Positions 15,001-29,899 of a DNA stretch of 64,000 nt are shown one piece after another (position 1 is the first letter of the stretch; every line of letters starts with the position of its first letter). Position numbers and translations under genes: made by a program. The notes under the pieces were generated by a model, which was not told where the DNA came from, did not search any database, and was given only the letters and a program-made list of their open reading frames with translations. The stretch is from Eledone cirrhosa. Taxonomy: Eukaryota. The stretch spans positions 138,136,001-138,200,000 of the forward strand of contig OZ024740.1 in the NCBI GenBank assembly GCA_964016885.1, read 5' to 3'.

Positions 15001-18000
15001 TCTCTTTCTGTTATCACTTTTCTCTCAATCTCCAATTCTCTCTTTCTCTTATCACTTTTCTCCCAATCTCCAATTCTCTGTTTCTTATCACTTTTCTCTC
15101 AATCTCCAATTCTCTCTTTCTCTTATCACTTTTCTCTCAATATCCAATTCTCTCTCTCTCTTATCACTTTTCTCTCAATCTCCAATTCTCTCTTTCTCTT
15201 ATCACTTTTCTCCCAATCTCCAATTCTCTCTGTTTCTTATCACTTTTCTCTCAATCTCCAATTCTCTCTTTCTCTTATCACTTTTCTCTCAATCTCCATT
15301 TCTCTCTTTCTCTTATCACTTTTCTCTCAATCTCCAATTCTCTCTCTCTCTTATCACTTTCTCTCTCAATCTCCAATTCTCTCTTTTTCCTATCACTTTT
15401 CCCTCAATCTCCAATTCTCTCTTTCTCTTATCACTTTTCTCCCAATCTCCAATTCTCTCTTTCTCTTATCACTTTTCTCTCAATCTCCAATTCTCTCTTT
15501 CTCTTATCACTTTTCTCCCAATCTCCAATTCTCTCTGTTTCTTATCACTTTTCTCTCAATCCCCAATTCTCTCTTTCTCTTATCACTTTTCTCTCAATAT
15601 CCAATTCTCTCTTTCTCTTATCACTTTTCTCTCAATCTCCAATTCTCTCTTTCTCTTATCACTTTTCTCCCAATCTCCAATTCTCTCTGTTTCTTATCAC
15701 TTTTCTCTCAATCTCCAATTCTCTCTTTCTCTTATCACTTTTCTCTCAATCTCCAATTCTCTCTTTCTCTTATCACTTTTCTCTCAATCTCCAATTCTCT
15801 CTTTCTCTTATCACTTTTCTCTCAATCTCCAATTCTCTCTTTCTCTTATCACTTTTCCCTCAATCTCCAATTCTCTCTTTCTCTTATCACTTTTCTCTCA
15901 ATCTCCAATTCTCTCTTTCTCTTATGACTTTTCTCTCAATCACCAAATCTCTCTGTCTCTTATCACTTTTCTCTCAATCCCCAATTCTCTCTTTCTCTTA
16001 TCACTTTTCTCTCAATCTCCAATTCTCTCTTTTTCTTATCACTTTTCTCTCAATCTCTAATTCTCTCTGTTTCTTATCACTTTTCCCCCAATCTCCAATT
16101 CTCTCTTTCTCTTATCACTTTTCTCCCAATTTCCAATTCTCTCTGTTTCTTATCACTTTTCTCTCAATCTCCAATTCTCTCTTTCTCTTATCACTTTTCT
16201 CTCAATATCCAATTCTCTCTCTCTCTTATCACTTTTCTCTCAATCTCCAATTCTCTCTTTCTCTTATCACTTTTCTCCCAATCTCCAATTCTCTCTGTTT
16301 CTTATCACTTTTCTCTCAATCTCCAATTCTCTCTTTCTCTTATCACTTTTCTCTCAATATCCAATTCTCTCTTTCTGTTATCACTTTTCTCTCAATCTCC
16401 AATTCTCTCTCTCTCTTATCACTTTCTCTCTCAATCTCCAATTCTCTCTTTTCCCTATCACTTTTCCCTCAATCTCCAATCCTCTCTTTCTCTTATCACT
16501 TTTCCCCCAATCTCCAATTCTCTCTTTCTCTTATCACTTTTCTCTCAATCTCCAATTCTCTCTTTCTCTTATCACTTTTCTCCCAATCTCCAATTCTCTC
16601 TGTTTCTTATCACTTTTCTCTCAATCCCCAATTCTCTCTTTCTCTTATCACTTTTCTCTCAATATCCAATTCTCTCTTTCTCTTATCACTTTTCTCCCAA
16701 TCTCCAATTCTCTCTGTTTCTTATCACTTTTCTCTCAATCTCCAATTCTCTCTCTCTCTTATCACTTTCTCTCTCAATCTCCAATTCTCTCTTTTTATTA
16801 TCACTTTTCCCTCAATCTCCAATTCTCTCTTTCTCTTATCACTTTTCTCTCAATCTCCAATTCTCTCTTTCTCTTATCACTTTTCTCTCAATCTCCAATT
16901 CTCTCTTTCTCTTATCACTTTTCTCTCAATCTCCAATCCTCTCTTTCTCTTATCACTTTTCTCTCAATGTCCAATTCTCTCTGTTTCTTATCACTTTTCT
17001 CTCAATCTCCAATTCTCTCTTTTTCTTATCACTTTTCTCTCAATGTCTAATTCTCTCTGTTTCTTATCACTTTTCTCTCTATCTCCAATTCTCTCTTTCT
17101 GTTATCACTTTTCTCTCAATCTCCAATTCTCTCTTTCTCTTATCACTTTTCTCCCAATCTCCAATTCTCTGTTTCTTATCACTTTTCTCTCAATCTCCAA
17201 TTCTCTCTTTCTCTTATCACTTTTCTCTCAATATCCAATTCTCTCTCTCTCTTATCACTTTTCTCTCAATCTCCAATTCTCTCTTTCTCTTATCACTTTT
17301 CTCCCAATCTCCAATTCTCTCTGTTTCTTATCACTTTTCCCTCAATCTCCAATTCTCTCTTTCTCTTATCACTTTTCTCCCAATCTCCAATTCTCTCTTT
17401 CTCTTATCACTTTTCTCTCAATCTCCAATTCTCTCTTTCTCTTATCACTTTTCTCCCAATCTCCAATTCTCTCTGTTTCTTATCACTTTTCTCTCAATCC
17501 CCAATTCTCTCTTTCTCTTATCACTTTTCTCTCAATATCCAATTCTCTCTTTCTCTTATCACTTTTCTCTCAATCTCCAATTCTCTCTTTCTCTTATCAC
17601 TTTTCTCCCAATCTCCAATTCTCTCTGTTTCTTATCACTTTTCTCTCAATCTCCAATTCTCTCTTTCTCTTATCACTTTTCTCTCAATCTCCAATTCTCT
17701 CTTTCTCTTATCACTCTTCTCTCAATCTCCAATTCTCTCTTTCTATTATCACTTTTCCCTCAATCTCCAATTCTCTCTTTCTCTTATCACTTTTCTCTCA
17801 ATCTCCAATTCTCTCTTTCTCTTATGACTTTTCTCTCAATCACCAATTCTCTCTGTCTCTGATCACTTTTCTCTCAATCTCCAATTCTCTTTTTCTCTTA
17901 TCACTTTTCTCTCAATCTCCAATTCTCTCTTTCTCTTATCACTTTTCTCTCAATCTCCAATCCTCTCTTTCTCTCATCACTTTTCTCTCAATGTCCAATT

Positions 18001-18200
18001 CTCTCTGTTTCTTATCACTTTTCTCTCAATCTCCAATTCTCTCTTTCTCTTATCACTTTTCTCTCAATCTCCAATTCTCTTTTTCTCTTATCACTTTTCT
18101 CTCAATCTCCAATTCTCTCTTTCTCTTATCACTTTTCTCTCAATCTCCAATTCTCTCTTTCTCTTATCACTTTTCTCTCAATCTCCAATTCTCCCTTTCT
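6100..18200 (+). repeat. Tandem duplication of a ~6.1 kb higher-order unit (~6100-12250 and ~12260-18200)
   Basis: Rare variants pair at offset 6158 (CAATTACTCT 7431/13589; TCTGCAATT; TCTAATGCTC; ORF starts 6590/12748, 7312/13470, 8535/14693, 8794/14952). The offset shrinks to 6120 (10923/17043) and then 5965 (CACTCTTCT 11751/17716). Confidence 0.92.
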
Positions 18201-21200
18201 CTTATCACTTTTCTCTCAATCTCCAATTCTCTCTTTTTCTTATCACTTTTCTCTCAATCTCTAATTCTCTCTGTTTCTTATCACTTTTCCCCCAATCTCC
18301 AATTCTCTCTTTCTCTTATCACTTTTCTCCCAATTTCCAATTCTCTCTGTTTCTTATCACTTTTCTCTCAATCTCCAATTCTCTCTTTCTCTTATCACTT
18401 TTCTCTCAATATCCAATTCTCTCTCTCTCTTATCACTTTTCTCTCAATCTCCAATTCTCTCTTTCTCTTATCACTTTTCTCCCAATCTCCAATTCTCTCT
18501 GTTTCTTATCACTTTTCTCTCAATCTCCAATTCTCTCTTTCTCTTATCACTTTTCTCTCAATCTCCAATTCTCTCTTTCTCTTATCACTTTTCTCTCAAT
18601 CTCCAATTCTCTCTCTCTCTTATCACTTTCTCTCTCAATCTCCAATTCTCTCTTTTTCCTATCACTTTTCCCTCAATCTCCAATTCTCTCTTTCTCTTAT
18701 CACTTTTCCCCCAATCTCCAATTCTCTCTTTCTCTTATCACTTTTCTCTCAATCTCCAATTCTCTCTTTCTCTTATCACTTTTCTCCCAATCTCCAATTC
18801 TCTCTGTTTCTTATCACTTTTCTCTCAATCCCCAATTCTCTCTTTCTCTTATCACTTTTCTCTCAATATCCAATTCTCTCTTTCTCTTATCACTTTTCTC
18901 TCATCTCCAATTCTCTCTTTCTCTCATAACTTTTCTCTCAATCTCCAATTCTCTCTTTCTCTTATCACTTTTATCTCAATCTCCAATTCTCTCTTTCTCT
19001 TATCACTTTTCTCTCAATCTCCAATTCTCTCTTTCTCTTATCACTTTTCTCTCAATCTCCAATTCTCTCTTTCTCTTATCACTTTTCTCTCAATATCCAA
19101 TTCTCTCTCTCTCTTATCACTTTTCTCTCAATCTCCAATTCTCTCTTTCTCTCATCACTTTTCTCCCAATCTCCAATTCTCTCTGTTTCTTATCACTTTT
19201 CTCTCAATCTCCAATTCTCTCTCTCTCTTATCACTTTCTCTCTCAATCTCCAATTCTCTCTTTTTCTTATCACTTTTCCCTCAATCTCCAATTCTCTCTT
19301 TCTCTTATCACTTTTCTCCCAATCTCCAATTCTCTCTTTCTCTTATCACTTTTCTCTCAATCTCCAATTCTCTCTTTCTCTTATCACTTTTCTCCCAATC
19401 TCCAATTCTCTCTGTTTCTTATCACTTTTCTCTCAATCCCCAATTCTCTCTTTCTCTTATCACTTTTCTCTCAATATCCAATTCTCTCTTTCTCTTATCA
19501 CTTTTCTCTCAATCTCCAATTCTCTCTTTCTCTTATCACTTTTCTCCCAATCTCCAATTCTCTCTGTTTTTTATCACTTTTCTCTCAATCTCCAATTCTC
19601 TCTTTCTCTTATCACTTTTCTCTCAATCTCCAATTCTCTCTTTCTCTTATCACTCTTCTCTCAATCTCCAATTCTCTCTTTCTCTTATCACTTTTCCCTC
19701 AATCTCCAATTCTCTCTTTCTCTTATCACTTTTCTCTCAATCTCCAATTCTCTCTTTCTCTTATGACTTTTCTCTCAATCACCAATTCTCTCTGTCTCTG
19801 ATCACTTTTCTCTCAATCTCCAATTCTCTTTTTCTCTTATCACTTTTCTCTCAATATCCAATTCTCTCTTTCTCTTATCACTTTTCTCTCAATCTCCAAT
19901 GCTCTCTTTCTCTCATCACTTTTCTCTCAATGTCCAATTCTCTCTGTTTCTTATCACTTTTCTCTCAATCTCCAATTCTCTCTTTCTCTTATCACTTTTC
20001 TCTCAATCTCCAATTTTCTTTTTCTCTTATCACTTTTCTCTCAATCTCCAATTCTCTCTTTCTCTTATCACTTTTCTCTCAATCTCCAATTCTCTCTTTC
20101 TCTTATCACTTTTCTCTCAATCTCCAATTCTCCCTTTCTCTTATCACTTTTCTCTCAATCTCCAATTCTCTCTTTCTCTTATCACTTTTCTCTCAATCTC
20201 CAATTCTCTCTCTCTCTTATCACTTTCTCTCTCAATCTCCAATTCTCTCTTTTTCTTATCACTTTTCTCTCAATCTCTAATTCTCTCTGTTTCTTATCAC
20301 TTTTCCCCCAATCTCCAATTCTCTCTTTCTCTTATCACTTTTCCCTCAATCTCCAATTCTCTCTTTCTCTTATCACTTTTCTCCCAATCTCCAATTCTCT
20401 CTGTTTCTTATCACTTTTCTCTCAATCTCCAATTCTCTCTTTCTCTTATCACTTTTCTCTCAATCTCCAATTCTCTCTTTCTCTTATCACTTTTCTCTCA
20501 ATCTCCAATTGTCTCTCTCTCTTATCACTTTCTCTCTCAATCTCCAATTCTCTCTTTTTCCTATCACTTTTCCCTCAATCTCCAATTCTCTCTTTCTCTT
20601 ATCACTTTTCCCCCAATCTCCAATTCTCTCTTTCTCTTATCACTTTTCTCTCAATCTCCAATTCTCTCTTTCTCTTATCACTTTTCTCCCAATCTCCAAT
20701 TCTCTCTGTTTCTTATCACTTTTCTCTCAATCCCCAATTCTCTCTTTCTCTTATCACTTTTCTCTCAATATCCAATTCTCTCTTTCTCTTATCACTTTTC
20801 TCTCAATCTCCAATTCTCTCTTTCTCTCATCACTTTTCTCTCAATCTCCAATTCTCTCTTTCTCTTATCACTTTTATCTCAATCTCCAATTCTCTCTTTC
20901 TCTTATCACTTTTCTCTCAATCTCCAATTCTCTCTTTCTCTTATCACTTTTCTCTCAATCTCCAATTCTCTCTTTCTCTTATCACTTTTCTCTCAATATC
21001 CAATTCTCTCTCTCTCTTATCACTTTTCTCTCAATCTCCAATTCTCTCTTTCTCTCATCACTTTTCTCCCAATCTCCAATTCTCTCTGTTTCTTATCACT
21101 TTTCTCTCAATCTCCAATTCTCTCTCTCTCTTATCACTTTCTCTCTCAATCTCCAATTCTCTCTTTTTCTTATCACTTTTCCCTCAATCTCCAATTCTCT

Positions 21201-24200
21201 CTTTCTCTTATCACTTTTCTCTCAATCTCCAATTCTCTCTTTCTCTTATCACTTTTCTCTCAATCTCCAATTCTCTCTTTCTCTTATCACTTTTCTCTCA
21301 ATCTACAATCCTCTCTTTCTCTTATCACTTTTCTCTCAATGTCCAATTCTCTCTGTTTCTTATCACTTTTCTCTCAATCTCCAATCCTCTCTTTCTCTTA
21401 TCACTTTTCTCTCAATCTCCAATTCTCTCTTACTCTTATCACTTTTCTCTCAATCTCCAATTCTCTCTTTCTCTCATCACTTTTCTCTCAATCTCCAATT
21501 CTCTCTTTCTCTTATCACTTTTATCTCAATCTCCAATTCTCTCTTTCTCTTATCACATTTCTCTCAATCTCCACTTCTCCCTTTCTTTTATCACTTTTCT
21601 CTCAACCTCCCATTCTCTCTTTCTCTTATGACTTTTCTCTCAATCACCAATTCTCTCTGTCTCTTATCACTTTTCTCTCAATCACCAATTCTCTCTCTTT
21701 CTTATCACTTTTCTCTCAATCTCCAATTCTCTCTTTCTCTTATCACTTTTCTCTCAATCTCCAATTCTCTCTTTCTCTTATCACTTTTCCCTCAATCTCC
21801 AAATCTCTCTTTCTCTTATCACTTTTCTCTCAATCTCCAATTCTCTCTTTCTCTTATCACTTTTCTCTCAATCTCCAATTCTCTTTTTCTCTTATCACTT
21901 TTCTCTCAATCTCCAATTCTCTCTTTCTCTTATCACTTTTCTCTCAATCTCCAATTCTCTCTTTCTCTTATCACTTTTCTCTCAATCTCCAATTCTCCCT
22001 TTCTCTTATCACTTTTCTCTCAATCTCCAATTCTCTCTTTTTCTTATCACTTTTCTCTCAATCTCTAATTCTCTCTGTTTCTTATCACTTTTCCCCCAAT
22101 CTCCAATTCTCTCTTTCTCTTATCACTTTTCTCTCAATCTCCAATCCTCTCTTTCTCTTATCACTTTTCTCTCAATGTCCAATTCTCTCTGTTTCTTATC
22201 ACTTTTCTCTCAATCTCCAATTCTCTCTTTCTCTTATCACTTTTCTCTCAATCTCCAATTCTCTTTTTCTCTTATCACTTTTCTCTCAATCTCCAATTCT
22301 CTCTTTCCCTTATCACTTTTCTCTCAATCTCCAATTCTCTCTTTCTCTTATCACTTTTCTCTCAATCTCCAATTCTCCCTTTCTCTTATCACTTTTCTCT
22401 CAATCTCCAATTCTCTCTTTTTCTTATCACTTTTCTCTCAATCTCTAATTCTCTCTGTTTCTTATCACTTTTCCCCCAATCTCCAATTCTCTCTTTCTCT
22501 TATCACTTTTCTCCCAATTTCCAATTCTCTCTGTTTCTTATCACTTTTCTCTCAATCTCCAATTCTATCTTTCTCTTATCACTTTTCTCTCAATATCCAA
22601 TTCTCTCTCTCTCTTATCACTTTTCTCTCAATCTCCAATTCTCTCTTTCTCTTATCACTTTTCTCCCAATCTCCAATTCTCTCTGTTTCTTATCACTTTT
22701 CTCTCAATCTCCAATTCTCTCTTTCTCTTATCACTTTTCTCTCAATCTCCAATTCTCTCTTTCTCTTATCACTTTTCTCTCAATCTCAATTCTCTCTCTC
22801 TCTTATCACTTTCTCTCTCAATCTCCAATTCTCTCTTTTTCCTATCACTTTTCCCTCAATCTCCAATTCTCTCTTTCTCTTATCACTTTTCCCCCAATCT
22901 CCAATTCTCTCTTTCTCTTATCACTTTTCTCTCAATCTCCAATTCTCTCTTTCTCTTATCACTTTTCTCCCAATCTCCAATTCTCTCTGTTTCTTATCAC
23001 TTTTCTCTCAATCCCCAATTCTCTCTTTCTCTTATCACTTTTCTCTCAATATCCAATTCTCTCTTTCTCTTATCACTTTTCTCTCAATCTCCAATTCTCT
23101 CTTTCTCTCATCACTTTTCTCTCAATCTCCAATTCTCTCTTTCTCTTATCACTTTTATCTCAATCTCCAATTCTCTCTTTCTCTTATCACTTTTCTCTCA
23201 ATCTCCAATTCTCTCTTTCTCTTATCACTTTTCTCCCAATCTCCAATTCTCTCTGTTTCTTATCACTTTTCTCTCAATCTCCAATTCTCTCTTTCTCTTA
23301 TCACTTTTCTCTCAATCTCCAATTCTCTCTTTCTCTTATCACTTTTCTCCCAATCTCCAATTCTCTCTGTTTCTTATCACTTTTCTCTCAATCTCCAATT
23401 CTCTCTCTCTCTTATCACTTTCTCTCTCAATCTCCAATTCTCTCTTTTTCTTATCACTTTTCCCTCAATCTCCAATTCTCTCTTTCTCTTATCACTTTTC
23501 TCTCAATCTCCAATTCTCTCTTTCTCTTATCACTTTTCTCTCAATCTCCAATTCTCTCTTTCTCTTATCACTTTTCTCTCAATCTCCAATCCTCTTTTTC
23601 TCTTATCACTTTTGTCTCAATGTCCAATTCTCTCTGTTTCTTATCACTTTTCTCTCAATCTCCAATCCTCTCTTTCTCTTATCACTTTTCTCTCAATGTC
23701 CAATTCTCTCTTTTTCTTATCACTTTTCTCTCAATCTCCAATCCTCTCTTTCTCTTATCACTTTTCTCTCAATCTCCAATTCTCCCTTTCTCTTATCACT
23801 TTTCTCTCAATCTCCAATTCTCTCTTTTTCTTATCACTTTTCTCTCAATGTCTAATTCTCTCTGTTTCTTATCACTTTTCTCCCAATCTCATATTCTCTC
23901 TTTCTCTTATTACTTTTCTCTCAATCTCCAATTCTCTCTTTCTCATATCACTTTTCTCTCAATCCCCGATTTTCTCTTTCTCTTATCACATTTCTCTCAA
24001 TCTCCACTTCTCCCTTTCTTTTATCACTTTTCTCTCAACCTCCCATTCTCTCTTTCTCTTATGACTTTTCTCTCAATCACCAATTCTCTCTGTCTCTTAT
24101 CACTTTTCTCTCAATCACCAATTCTCTCTGTTTCTTATCACTTTTCTCTCAATCTCCAATTCTCTCTTTCTCTTATCACTTTTCTCTCAATCTCCAATTC

Positions 24201-26499
24201 TCTCTTTCTCTTATCACTTTTCCCTCAATCTCCAATTCTCTCTTTCTCTTATCACTTTTCTCTCAATCTCCAATTCTCTCTTTCTCTTATCACTTTTCTC
24301 TCAATCTCCAATTCTCTTTTTCTCTTATCACTTTTCTCTCAATCTCCAATTCTCTCTTTCTCTTATCACTTTTCTCTCAATCTCCAATTCTCTCTTTCTC
24401 TTATCACTTTTCTCTCAATCTCCAATTCTCCCTTTCTCTTATCACTTTTCTCTCAATCTCCAATTCTCTCTTTTTCTTATCACTTTTCTCTCAATCTCTA
24501 ATTCTCTCTGTTTCTTATCACTTTTCTCTCAATCTCCAATTCTCTCTTTCTCTTATCACTTTTCTCTCAATATCCAATTCTCTCTCTCTCTTATCACTTT
24601 TCTCTCAATCTCCAATTCTCTCTTTCTCTTATCACTTTTCTCCCAATCTCCAATTCTCTCTGTTTCTTATCACTTTTCTCTCAATCTCCAATTCTCTCTT
24701 TCTCTTATCACTTTTCTCTCAATCTCCAATTCTCTCTTTCTCTTATCACTTTTCTCTCAATCTCCAATTCTCTCTCTCTCTTATCACTTTCTCTCTCAAT
24801 CTCCAATTCTCTCTTTTTCCTATCACTTTTCCCTCAATCTCCAATTCTCTCTTTCTCTTATCACTTTTCCCCCAATCTCCAATTCTCTCTTTCTCTTATC
24901 ACTTTTCTCTCAATCTCTAATTCTCTCTTTCTCTTATCACTTTTCTCCCAATCTCCAATTCTCTCTGTTTCTTATCACTTTTCTCTCAATCCCCAATTCT
25001 CTCTTTCTCTTATCACTTTTCTCTCAATATCCAATTCTCTCTTTCTCTTATCACTTTTCTCTCAATCTCCAATTCTCTCTTTCTCTCATCACTTTTCTCT
25101 CAATCTCCAATTCTCTCTTTCTCTTATCACTTTTATCTCAATCTCCAATTCTCTCTTTCTCTTATCACTTTTCTCTCAATCTCCAATTCTCTCTTTCTCT
25201 TCTCACTTTTCTCTCAATCTCCAATTCTCTCTTTCTCTTATCACTTTTCTCTCAATATCCAATTCTCTCTCTCTCTTATCACTTTTCTCTCAATCTCCAA
25301 TTCTCTCTTTCTCTTATCACTTTTCTCCCAATCTCCAATTCTCTCTGTTTCTTATCACTTTTCTCTCAATCTCCAATTCTCTCTCTCTCTTATCACTTTC
25401 TCTCTCAATCTCCAATTCTCTCTTTTTCTTATCACTTTTCCCTCAATCTCCAATTCTCTCTTACTCTTATCACTTTTCTCTCAATCTCCAATTCTCTCTT
25501 TCTCTTATCACTTTTCTCTCAATCTCCAATTCTCTCTTTCTCTTATCACTTTTCTCTCAATCTCCAATCCTCTCTTTCTCTTATCACTTTTCTCTCAATG
25601 TCCAATTCTCTCTGTTTCTTATCACTTTTCTCTCAATCTCCAATCCTCTCTTTCTCTTATCACTTTTCTCTCAATGTCCAATTCTCTCTGTTTCTTATCA
25701 CTTTTCTCTCAATCTCCAATTCTCTCTTACTCTTATCACTTTTCTCTCAATCTCCAATTCTCTCTTTCTCTCATCACTTTTCTCTCAATCTCCAATTCTG
25801 TCTTTCTCTTATCACTTTTATCTCAATCTCCAATTCTCTCTTTCTCTTATCACTTTTCTCTCAATCTCCAATTCTCTCTTTCTCTTATCACTTTTCTCTC
25901 AATCTCCAATTCTCTCTTTCTCTTATCACTTTTCTCTCAATCTCCAATTCTCTCTTTCTCTTATCACTTTTCTTTCAATCTCCAATTCTCTCTTTCTCTT
26001 ATCACTTTTCTCTCAATCACCAATTCTCTCTTTCTCTTATCACTTTTCTCTCAATCACTAATTCTCTCTTTCTCTTATCACTTTTCTCTCAATCTCCAAT
26101 TCTCTCTTTCTCTTATCACTTTTCTCTCAATCTCCAATTCTCTCTTTCTCTTATCACTTTTCTCTCAATCTCCAATTTTCTCTTTCTCTTATCACTTTTC
26201 TCTCAATCTCCAATTCTCTCTTTCTATTATCACTTTTCTCTCAATCTCCAATTCTCCCTTTCTCTTATCACTTTTCTCTCAATCTCCAATTCTCTCTTTT
26301 TCTTATCACTTTTCTCTCAATGTCTAATTCTCTCTGTTTCTTATCACTTTTCTCTCAATCTCATATTCTCTCTTTCTCTTATTACTTTTCTCTCAATCTC
26401 CAATTCTCTCTTTCTCATATCACTTTTCTCTCAATCCCCGATTTTCTCTTTCTCTTATCACATTTCTCTCAATCTCCACTTCTCCCTTTCTTTTATCAC

Positions 26500-28250
26500 T
26501 TTTCTCTCAACCTCCCATTCTCTCTTTCTCTTATGACTTTTCTCTCAATCACCAATTCTCTCTGTCTCTTATCACTTTTCTCTCAATCACCAATTCTCTC
26601 TGTTTCTTATCACTTTTCTCTCAATCTCCAATTCTCTCTTTCTCTTATCACTTTTCTCTCAATCTCCAATTCTCTCTTTCTCTTATCACTTTTCCCTCAA
26701 TCTCCAATTCTCTCTTTCTCTTATCACTTTTCTCTCAATCTCCAATTCTCTCTTTCTCTTATGGCTTTTCTCTCAATCACCAATTCTCTCTGTCTCTGAT
26801 CACTTTTCACTCAATCTCCAATTCTCTCTTTCTCTTATCACTTTTCTCTCAATCTCCAATTCTCTCTTACTCTTATCACTTTTCTCTCAATCTCCAATTC
26901 TCTCTTTCTCTCATCACTTTTCTCTCAATCTCCAATTCTCTTTTTCTCTTATCACTTTTCTCTCAATCTCCAATTCTCTCTTTCTCTTATCACTTTTCTC
27001 TCAATATCCAATTCTCTCTTTCTCTTATCACTTTTCTCTCAATCTCCAATCCTCTCTTTCTCTTATCACTTTTCTCTCAATGTCCAATTCTCTCTGTTTC
27101 TTATCACTTTTCTATCAATCTCCAATTCTCTCTTTCTCTTATCACTTTTCTCTCAATCTCCAATTCTCTCTTTCTCTTATCACTTTTCTCTCAATCTCCA
27201 ATTCTCTCTTTCTCTTATCACTTTTCTCTCAATCTCCAATTCTCTCTTTATCTTATCACTTTTGTCTCAATATCCAATTCTCTCTTTCTCTTGTCACTTT
27301 TCTCTCAATATCCAATTCTGTCTTTCTCTTATCACTTTTCTCTCAATCTCCAATCCTCTCTTTCTTTTATCACTTTTCTCTCAACCTCCCATTCTCTCTT
27401 TCTCTTATCACTTTTCTCTCAATCACCAATTCTCTCTGTCTCTTATCACTTTTCTCTCAATCACCAATTCTCTCTGTTTCTTATCACTTTTCTCTCAATC
27501 TCCAATTCTCTCTTTCTCTTATCACTTTTCTCTCAATCTCCAATTCTCTCTTTCTCTTATCACTTTTCCCTCAATCTCCAATTCTCTCTTTCTCTTATCA
27601 CTTTTCTCTCAATCTCCAATTCTCTCTTTCTCTTATGGCTTTTCTCTCAATCACCAATTCTCTCTGTCTCTGATCACTTTTCACTCAATCTCCAATTCTC
27701 TCTTTCTCTTATCACTTTTCTCTCAATCTCCAATTCTCTCTTACTCTTATCACTTTTCTCTCAATCTCCAATTCTCTCTTTCTCTCATCACTTTTCTCTC
27801 AATCTCCAATTCTCTTTTTCTCTTATCACTTTTCTCTCAATCTCCAATTCTCTCTTTCTCTTATCACTTTTCTCTCAATATCCAATTCTCTCTTTCTCTT
27901 ATCACTTTTCTCTCAATCTCCAATCCTCTCTTTCTCTTATCACTTTTCTCTCAATGTCCAATTCTCTCTGTTTCTTATCACTTTTCTCTCAATCTCCAAT
28001 TCTCTCTTTCTCTTATCACTTTTCTCTCAATCTCCAATTCTCTCTTTCTCTTATCACTTTTCTCTCTATCACCAATTCTCTCTTTCTCTTATCACTTTTC
28101 TCTCAATCTCCAATTCTCTCTTTATCTTATCACTTTTGTCTCAATATCCAATTCTCTCTTTCTCTTGTCACTTTTCTCTCAATATCCAATTCTCTCTTTC
28201 TCTTATCACTTTTCTCTCAATCTCCAATCCTCTCTTTCTCTTATCACTTT
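26500..28250 (+). repeat. Tandem duplication of a 23-monomer (874 bp) unit
   Basis: TTATGGCT has its first G at 26763 and 27637. The TTTATCTT..TTTTGTCTC..CTTGTCAC cluster gives ORF starts at 27262 and 28136. The offset is 874 = 23 x 38. Confidence 0.9.
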
Positions 28251-29899
28251 TCTCTCAATCTCCAATTCTCTCTTTCTCTTATCACTTTTCTCTCAATATC
28301 CAATTCTCTCTTTCTCTTATCACTTTTCTCTCAATCTCCAATCCTCTCTTTCTCTTATCGCTTTTCTCTCAATCTCCAATTCTCTCTTTCTCTTATCACT
28401 TTTCTCCCAATCTCCAATTCTCTCTGTTTCTTATCACTTTTCTCTCAATCTCCAATTCTCTCTTTCTCTTATCACTTTTCTCTCAATCTCCAATTCTCTC
28501 TTTCTCTTATCACTTTTCTCTCAATCTCCAATTCTCTCTTTCTCTTATCACTTTTCTCTCAATCTCCAATTCTCTCTTTCTCTTATCACTTTTCCCTCAA
28601 TCTCCAATTCTCTCTTTCTCTTATCACTTTTCTCTCAATCTCCAATTCTCTCTTTCTCTTATGACTTTTCTCTCAATCACCAATCCTCTCTGTCTCTGAT
28701 CACTTTTCTCTCAATCTCCAATTCTCTCTTTCTCTTATCACTTTTCTCTCAATATCCAATTCTCTCTTTCTCTTATCACTTTTCTCTCAATCTCCAATCC
28801 TCTCTTTCTCTTATCACTTTTCTCTCAATGTCCAATTCTCTCTGTTTCTTATCACTTTTCTCTCAATCTCCAATTCTCTCTTTCTCTTATCACTTTTCTC
28901 TCAATCTCCAATTCTCTTTTTCTCTTATCACTTTTCTCTCAATCTCCAATTCTCTCTTTCTCTTATCACTTTTCTCTCAATCTCCAATTCTCTCTTTCTC
29001 TTATCACTTTTCTCTCAATCTCCAATTCTCCCTTTCTCTTATCACTTTTCTCTCAATCTCCAATTCTCTCTTTTTGTTATCACTTTTCTCTCAATCTCTA
29101 ATTCTCTCTGTTTCTTATCACTTTTCCCCCAATCTCCAATTCTCTCTTTCTCTTATCACTTTTCTCCCAATTTCCAATTCTCTCTGTTTCTTATCACTTT
29201 TCTCTCAATCTCCAATTCTCTCTTTCTCTTATCACTTTTCTCTCAATATCCAATTCTCTCTCTCTCTTATCACTTTTCTCTCAATCTCCAATTCTCTCTT
29301 TCTCTTATCACTTTTCTCCCAATCTCCAATTCTCTCTGTTTCTTATCACTTTTCTCTCAATCTCCAATTCTCTCTCTCTCTTATCACTTTCTCTCTCAAT
29401 CTCCAATTCTCTCTTTTTCTTATCACTTTTCCCTCAATCTCCAATTCTCTCTTTCTCTTATCACTTTTCTCTCAATCTCCAATTCTCTCTTTCTCTTATC
29501 ACTTTTCTCTCAATCTCCAATTCTCTCTTTCTCTTATCACTTTTCTCTCAATCTCCAATCCTCTCTTTCTCTTATCACTTTTCTCTCAATGTCCAATTCT
29601 CTCTGTTTCTTATCACTTTTCTCTCAATCTCCAATCCTCTCATTCTCTTATCACTTTTCTCTCAATCTCCAATCCTCTCTTTCTCTTATCACTTTTCTCT
29701 CAATGTCCAATTCTCTCTGTTTCTTATCACTTTTCTCTCAATCTCCAATTCTCTCTTACTCTTATCACTTTTCTCTCAATCTCCAATTATCTCTTTCTCT
29801 CATCACTTTTCTCTCAATCTCCAATTCTCTCTTTCTCTTATCACTTTTATCTCAATCTCCAATTCTCTCTTTCTCTTATCACTTTTCTCTCAATCTCCA

